Positions 27,574-31,136 of a DNA stretch of 31,136 nucleotides are shown here, piece after piece (position 1 is the first letter of the stretch; every line of letters starts with the position of its first letter). Origin of the DNA: an uncultured Thermoplasmatales archaeon. GTDB taxonomy: Archaea; Thermoplasmatota; E2; UBA202; DSCA01. The translations under genes were made by a program, and so were the position numbers. Where the stretch lies: NCBI GenBank assembly GCA_964514975.1, contig CAZESS010000021.1, positions 1 through 31,136 of the forward strand. The letters run 5' to 3'. The notes below the pieces were generated by a model. That model searched no databases and was not told where the DNA came from. It was given only the letters and a program-made list of their open reading frames with translations.

Positions 27574-28423
27574 TGGCAAAGCCGATGACAAAGGTTATTG
27601 CGGCGATGCCCAGGCTGATGGCCGCCATCTCCCCGAACTCACGGCGGAACGACAGGTCGCGGGTCACCGACGTATAAAACGTGAACAGCACGATGACCAC
27701 CAGCACGTTGGCCAGCATCACCATCAGCGCCAGGATGACATCGCCGAGCACAAAATACGGAAAAATGAGAAACAGCACCACCAGGATATACGCGAGGCCC
27801 GTGTACATCGATGCGGTAAACGGGTTTTTGTCCGTTTCCTCGGACTTCGAACCCAGATATTCTGAGCCTGCCATCGACAGCGAGGCCGCGATACCCGTGA
27901 TAAACCCCGTGGTGCCGATGAGCGACGTATCGTTGAGCACAAACGTCAGGCCGGCCACCGCTCCCGAGAGCTCCACCAGTGCATCGTTGAGCCCCCGGAC
28001 AATGGAGCCGATGTAGCGGAGCCGGCGCTCATCTATCAGGTCAACCAGTTCCTGCTCGTGTTCCTCCTCCTCCCTGACGATGCGCTCCGCCCCCTCGATT
28101 GTCTCGGCGAGCTGCTCGTAGGTCTCCTGCGCGTCCTCCTCGCCGCGCTCCATGAGCTTGATGGCGAAGGTGATGCCGAACACCATGGAAATAGCCAGGT
28201 AGAGCCAGCGCTGCAGACGGCTCGGCGATACGTCCGTGCCGGTGTGCGTACGCCAGAAATCGTAGTGCTCTTTTTCCTGCCGGGCGATGCGCTGCACCAC
28301 GTCTCGGTTGTGCTCGTCGTCGATGCGTTCTGACAGCAGCATGTAGATGTGGTATTCGGTTATCTCGCTCCGCTGCGCCTCCAGCATCGCCTCGCGGGTT
28401 TCCGGGGACACGTTGGTGGGCAT
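27545..28423 (-). CDS. Rubrerythrin-like / VIT1-CCC1 fusion (iron/manganese transporter family)
   Basis: Ferritin-like ExxH pairs (EKEH, EEEH), then GLNDALVE, GIAASLSMAGSEYL and TM helices. Confidence 0.88.
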   Translation of the reverse strand: MPTNVSPETREAMLEAQRSEITEYHIYMLLSERIDDEHNRDVVQRIARQEKEHYDFWRTHTGTDVSPSRLQRWLYLAISMVFGITFAIKLMERGEEDAQETYEQLAETIEGAERIVREEEEHEQELVDLIDERRLRYIGSIVRGLNDALVELSGAVAGLTFVLNDTSLIGTTGFITGIAASLSMAGSEYLGSKSEETDKNPFTASMYTGLAYILVVLFLIFPYFVLGDVILALMVMLANVLVVIVLFTFYTSVTRDLSFRREFGEMAAISLGIAAITFVIGFAIRSYFGIEV

Positions 28424-28572
28424 ACAGCATGGTAAGCCGGCGTGGCTTTAAAATCCTCACGGAAAAATGGAACGGCCCCCATATCCAGGGACACACGATT
28501 GACCCATGGGTGTTTCCACTGCACGTATCAAACGGGGGCGGGATACCCGGCGAGGTGAGCCCGTCCATCTCG

Positions 28573-29580
28573 CTAGTTTAAACGTTTTTCTATTTCCGTT
28601 GCGAGCAGTTCGGCGGGGCTGTCCAGAACCGTGTAGCCCCGGTCGCTCTCATACATCCATCCCCGGTCGCACAGCAGCGAAAGCTCGCTCTCAACCGGCT
28701 GCACCTCCACGCCGTGTTCCTCGCAGACCGACGCATAGACAGCCTCGACGTCCTCCAGCGAGGCGTAGGCCTGCTCCAGACAGCATCGGGCCACCGCGAG
28801 CAGCACCAATGCCGGACGGCGCTCGAGCTCTCCGAGCCCCTCGAGCCAGCCCTCCCGGTTTGCCTCCCTGACATCCTCGGGTGTGATTATATCATGGCCG
28901 CGCTGGTCGGCCACCATCGCAGCGGTGCGAAGCACGTCGATACCCGCACGCATGTGCCCCGACGACACCGTCGCGATGTCGGCGATGAGCGACAGGCCAT
29001 CGTCATCATAGCCGTCACGCATCAGCGCCTCGCCGGCCCGGTAGGCCAGGATGTCCATCATCTCCTCCTTCCCGTACGGCCGGAGCTCCACCACCGCCTT
29101 CTCGGCAAACGTCGACCACGTCGCCGGGTCGTTCATCAGCTGCTTGAGCATCAGGGCGGAGCGGGTCACCGCCACATACCGGATGCTGGCACCGATTTCC
29201 TCATGGCGGGACAGCGTATAGGCAAAATGCACCAGATCATCGGGAATCATGCCGTCTATCTCGTCCAGGATGAACAGATGGTCGCCCTCTATCTCCTGCC
29301 ACAGCCGCTGGCTCGTCAGCCCGGCCGTGCTGAACTTGGGCCGTATCTGCCGCAAGATGGCCTCCAGGACCTTGTGCTCCGACTTGTGCGTGTAGCAGTT
29401 CACGTAGACGTCACCGTCGGCATGCCGCGCGAGCAACGTCTTTCCCGTCCCTACCGGGCCGCTGATGAGCGCATGGCCGTCGTCCAGCAGCATCTGGAGG
29501 CGCCTGCGTTCCTCCTCCCGGCAGGGCGTCTTTTCCGGCACATAGGAGATGTCGAGCTTTCGCTTGTCCTTTAAAATCAC
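28573..29580 (-). CDS. cdc6: Orc1/Cdc6-like AAA+ ATPase (short, divergent)
   Basis: LDISYVPEKTPCREEE, Walker A GPVGTGKT, YVNC, Walker B ILDEID, PYGKEEMMDILAYRA, GHMRAGIDVLRTAA, probable C-terminal winged helix. Confidence 0.8.
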   Translation of the reverse strand: MILKDKRKLDISYVPEKTPCREEERRRLQMLLDDGHALISGPVGTGKTLLARHADGDVYVNCYTHKSEHKVLEAILRQIRPKFSTAGLTSQRLWQEIEGDHLFILDEIDGMIPDDLVHFAYTLSRHEEIGASIRYVAVTRSALMLKQLMNDPATWSTFAEKAVVELRPYGKEEMMDILAYRAGEALMRDGYDDDGLSLIADIATVSSGHMRAGIDVLRTAAMVADQRGHDIITPEDVREANREGWLEGLGELERRPALVLLAVARCCLEQAYASLEDVEAVYASVCEEHGVEVQPVESELSLLCDRGWMYESDRGYTVLDSPAELLATEIEKRLN

Positions 29581-29612
29581 ATCCGACTAATCACGCGGGC
29601 GATACATAAATG

Positions 29613-30029
29613 TTACCCGTCCAACTGGCCGACCGCCACACCCAGACAGGCATTGTAGACGATGTCGATATCGTCCTCGTGAGCGGCGATGACATCCATG
29701 TTTTCGGCGCCCGGCTGCAGCCACACCACGTCGGCATCGATGGCAACAGCTCCCTCGACAATGGGTTCCACATGCTTCGGGTTGCGGAACACGTCGACGA
29801 TGTCCACATGCTCCGGCACGTCCTGCAGCGACGGCAGTATCTCCTCGCCAAAAATATCCTCGCCGGCGTACTTCGGGTTCACATAATACATCGTATATCC
29901 CTGCCGGCGGACGCGGTCGGCGATGTGATAACTCGCCCGTTCCTCGTTCTTCGAAATACCGACGATGGCGACCACCTGCGCGTTCCGGGCGACATCCAGG
30001 ACCTCGAGCTGCTCTGTCACACGTGCCAT
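29613..30029 (-). CDS. CoA-binding protein (YccU-like)
   Basis: VAIVGIS..RASY, VNPK, SLQDVPEHVDIVDVFR, VWLQPG, NAC. Start ATG 30029, 24-29 nt after TTAAAA. Confidence 0.88.
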   Translation of the reverse strand: MARVTEQLEVLDVARNAQVVAIVGISKNEERASYHIADRVRRQGYTMYYVNPKYAGEDIFGEEILPSLQDVPEHVDIVDVFRNPKHVEPIVEGAVAIDADVVWLQPGAENMDVIAAHEDDIDIVYNACLGVAVGQLDG

Positions 30030-30330
30030 CAAAGACGGATGGCCAGACGCTCTTTTAACGTTTGCGGGCAGCACGAAAATTGTACGGGTCACCGGATCCC
30101 TCATATTGGCCTCTGTTGTACGGGATGCTTGTCTTTGCACATGACACCCTCTGTCGCTCTCCCCAAGGATGCTCTTTTTCACCGCGCTTTTCTTCATGAG
30201 AGCTACCCGTTTTCCTGTCCTGCCATGTGATAAAAAAAGCAGGAAAACCGGTGGCGTAGCATGCCAGCCAGTCATTTGCAGCCACCGGACATGGCGGGAG
30301 AGCAAATTTTATAATACCGCCGCCATTATA

Positions 30331-30410
30331 CCGGAGAGGAGGGAAACCCTCTTCAAAGGCTCTGCCTCCAACTTAGCCTTTAGGGTTTCCCCACCCTCCT
30401 CTATATCCGG
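30331..30410. ncRNA. Candidate structured small RNA or palindromic element
   Basis: Extensive self-complementarity (see findings); TTTTATAA at 30307-30314 lies upstream. No family recognised. Confidence 0.35.
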
Positions 30411-30482
30411 GTGGCGATAAAAACGTTCGCCGGCTGGTGAACGAAAGCACAATCCTTTTTAAACATGTAGAGATGCTTTTTT

Positions 30483-30983
30483 GTGTCCAACAAAATCGTC
30501 ATCGACCGCGACACCTTCTCCGCCCTCGCATCGGACACCCGCATCGACATCCTCAAGGAGCTCGACGAGCGGCGCAAAACCCTCACCGAAATCTCCCGCT
30601 CTCTCGACACCAACAAGTCGGCCATCTACAAACATCTCAACAAGCTCACCGAGGCCGGCCTCATCAAAAAAGAAAACACGGGACACAAATGGAAATACTA
30701 CCAGCTCACCTGGCAGGGCAAACATCTTCTCCACCCCCAAAAAATGAAGATAAGGGTACTGCTCTCCGGCGCCGGCGCCACCGCAACCGCAGCTCTCATC
30801 GCCGCCTACCGGTATCTGCAGGAAAAACAGGCCGCATCGCCATCCGGCTTAAGCCTCATGAGCACTGGCACCACCGAGGCCGATCCCACCATGCTCTATC
30901 TCACCATCTTCTTCGTCATCCTGGGGGCGATGCTCGTCACCGCCGCCGCACTCGTCCGGCAGAAAGAAACAGACGTTATATAA
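30483..30983 (+). CDS. ArsR-like winged-HTH regulator with two C-terminal hydrophobic segments
   Basis: FSALASDTRIDILKEL..TLTEISRSL..KSAIYKHLNKLTEAGLI..KYYQLTWQG; GTG start about 20 nt after TTTTTAAA. Confidence 0.85.
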   Translation: MSNKIVIDRDTFSALASDTRIDILKELDERRKTLTEISRSLDTNKSAIYKHLNKLTEAGLIKKENTGHKWKYYQLTWQGKHLLHPQKMKIRVLLSGAGATATAALIAAYRYLQEKQAASPSGLSLMSTGTTEADPTMLYLTIFFVILGAMLVTAAALVRQKETDVI

Positions 30984-30991
30984 TTTTTTTT
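30984..30991 (+). terminator. Oligo-T terminator candidate
   Basis: T8 run directly after the TAA stop. Confidence 0.5.
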
Positions 30992-31006
30992 GCTGAAGCG
31001 CCGCGA

Positions 31007-31136
31007 TGTACTGTCCTGAAAACATTTAACAAACGGAAACGCTATGCTGAGATGCCGAAGCTGAACGATGCGAAGATCAGGTGGATCATCCGGGAGATGG
31101 AGAAGGGAGAACGCACCGAGCAGGAGATCGGGCAGG
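31007..31136 (+). mobile_element. Left end of a probable IS481-family insertion sequence (truncated by the window edge)
   Basis: Begins TGTACTGTCCTGAAAACATTT (IS481-family ends start with TGT); a transposase-like ORF starts 45 nt inside. Confidence 0.6.
31052..31136 (+). CDS. Transposase N-terminus (HTH), partial
   Basis: MPKLNDAKIRWIIREMEKGERTEQEIGQ resembles, from recall, the KL..KIRWIIR..EKG N-terminus of archaeal IS481-type transposases. Only 28 codons are visible. Confidence 0.6.
   Translation, partial: MPKLNDAKIRWIIREMEKGERTEQEIGQ

Noticed and set aside
30030-30305. 92-aa N-terminal extension of the CoA-binding protein
   Set aside because: No domain-like content; a TATA-like motif sits just upstream of ATG 30029.
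30331-30410. tRNA or SECIS element
   Set aside because: No TTCGA T-loop, D-loop or 7-nt anticodon loop, and no in-frame UGA selenoprotein candidate was noticed nearby.
30413-30443. Fluoride (crcB) riboswitch suggested by GGCGAT..GTTCGCC
   Set aside because: The loop differs from the GAUGG consensus and the downstream UGAUG pseudoknot partner is absent.

Overview
GC-rich archaeal chromosomal segment, most consistent with an uncultured Thermoplasmatota/Euryarchaeota-type genome (secreted C25 gingipain-like protease, NAC, His-type Thi4, Orc1/Cdc6, TATA-like boxes about 22-30 nt before many start codons); the taxonomy is an inference. It holds about 33 genes: C25 protease, DUF151 nuclease and HtpX, the oapABC/arvABC small-GTPase operon, thi4, an MBL hydrolase, an MtaD-like deaminase, RimI, NAC, Nnr, PhzF, hutUH, a three-gene signalling module, MobB, PiT with DUF47, PadR with an RND/MMPL exporter, rubrerythrin-VIT1, a short Cdc6-like ATPase, a CoA-binding protein, a membrane-anchored HTH regulator, and the left end of a probable IS481-family element at the right edge. 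No rRNA, tRNA or CRISPR array was recognised. The best candidates for something new are (1) the signalling module, where a GAF-PAS sensor ends in a His-containing DHp helix with no ATPase domain, next to an atypical receiver and a complete MEDS kinase, preceded by an (AT)11 tract and flanked by a short direct repeat, and (2) a hairpin-dense intergenic region at 30209-30443 with a possibly bistable ~80-nt structure behind a TATA-like box. All assignments come from motif reading by eye; no searches were run.
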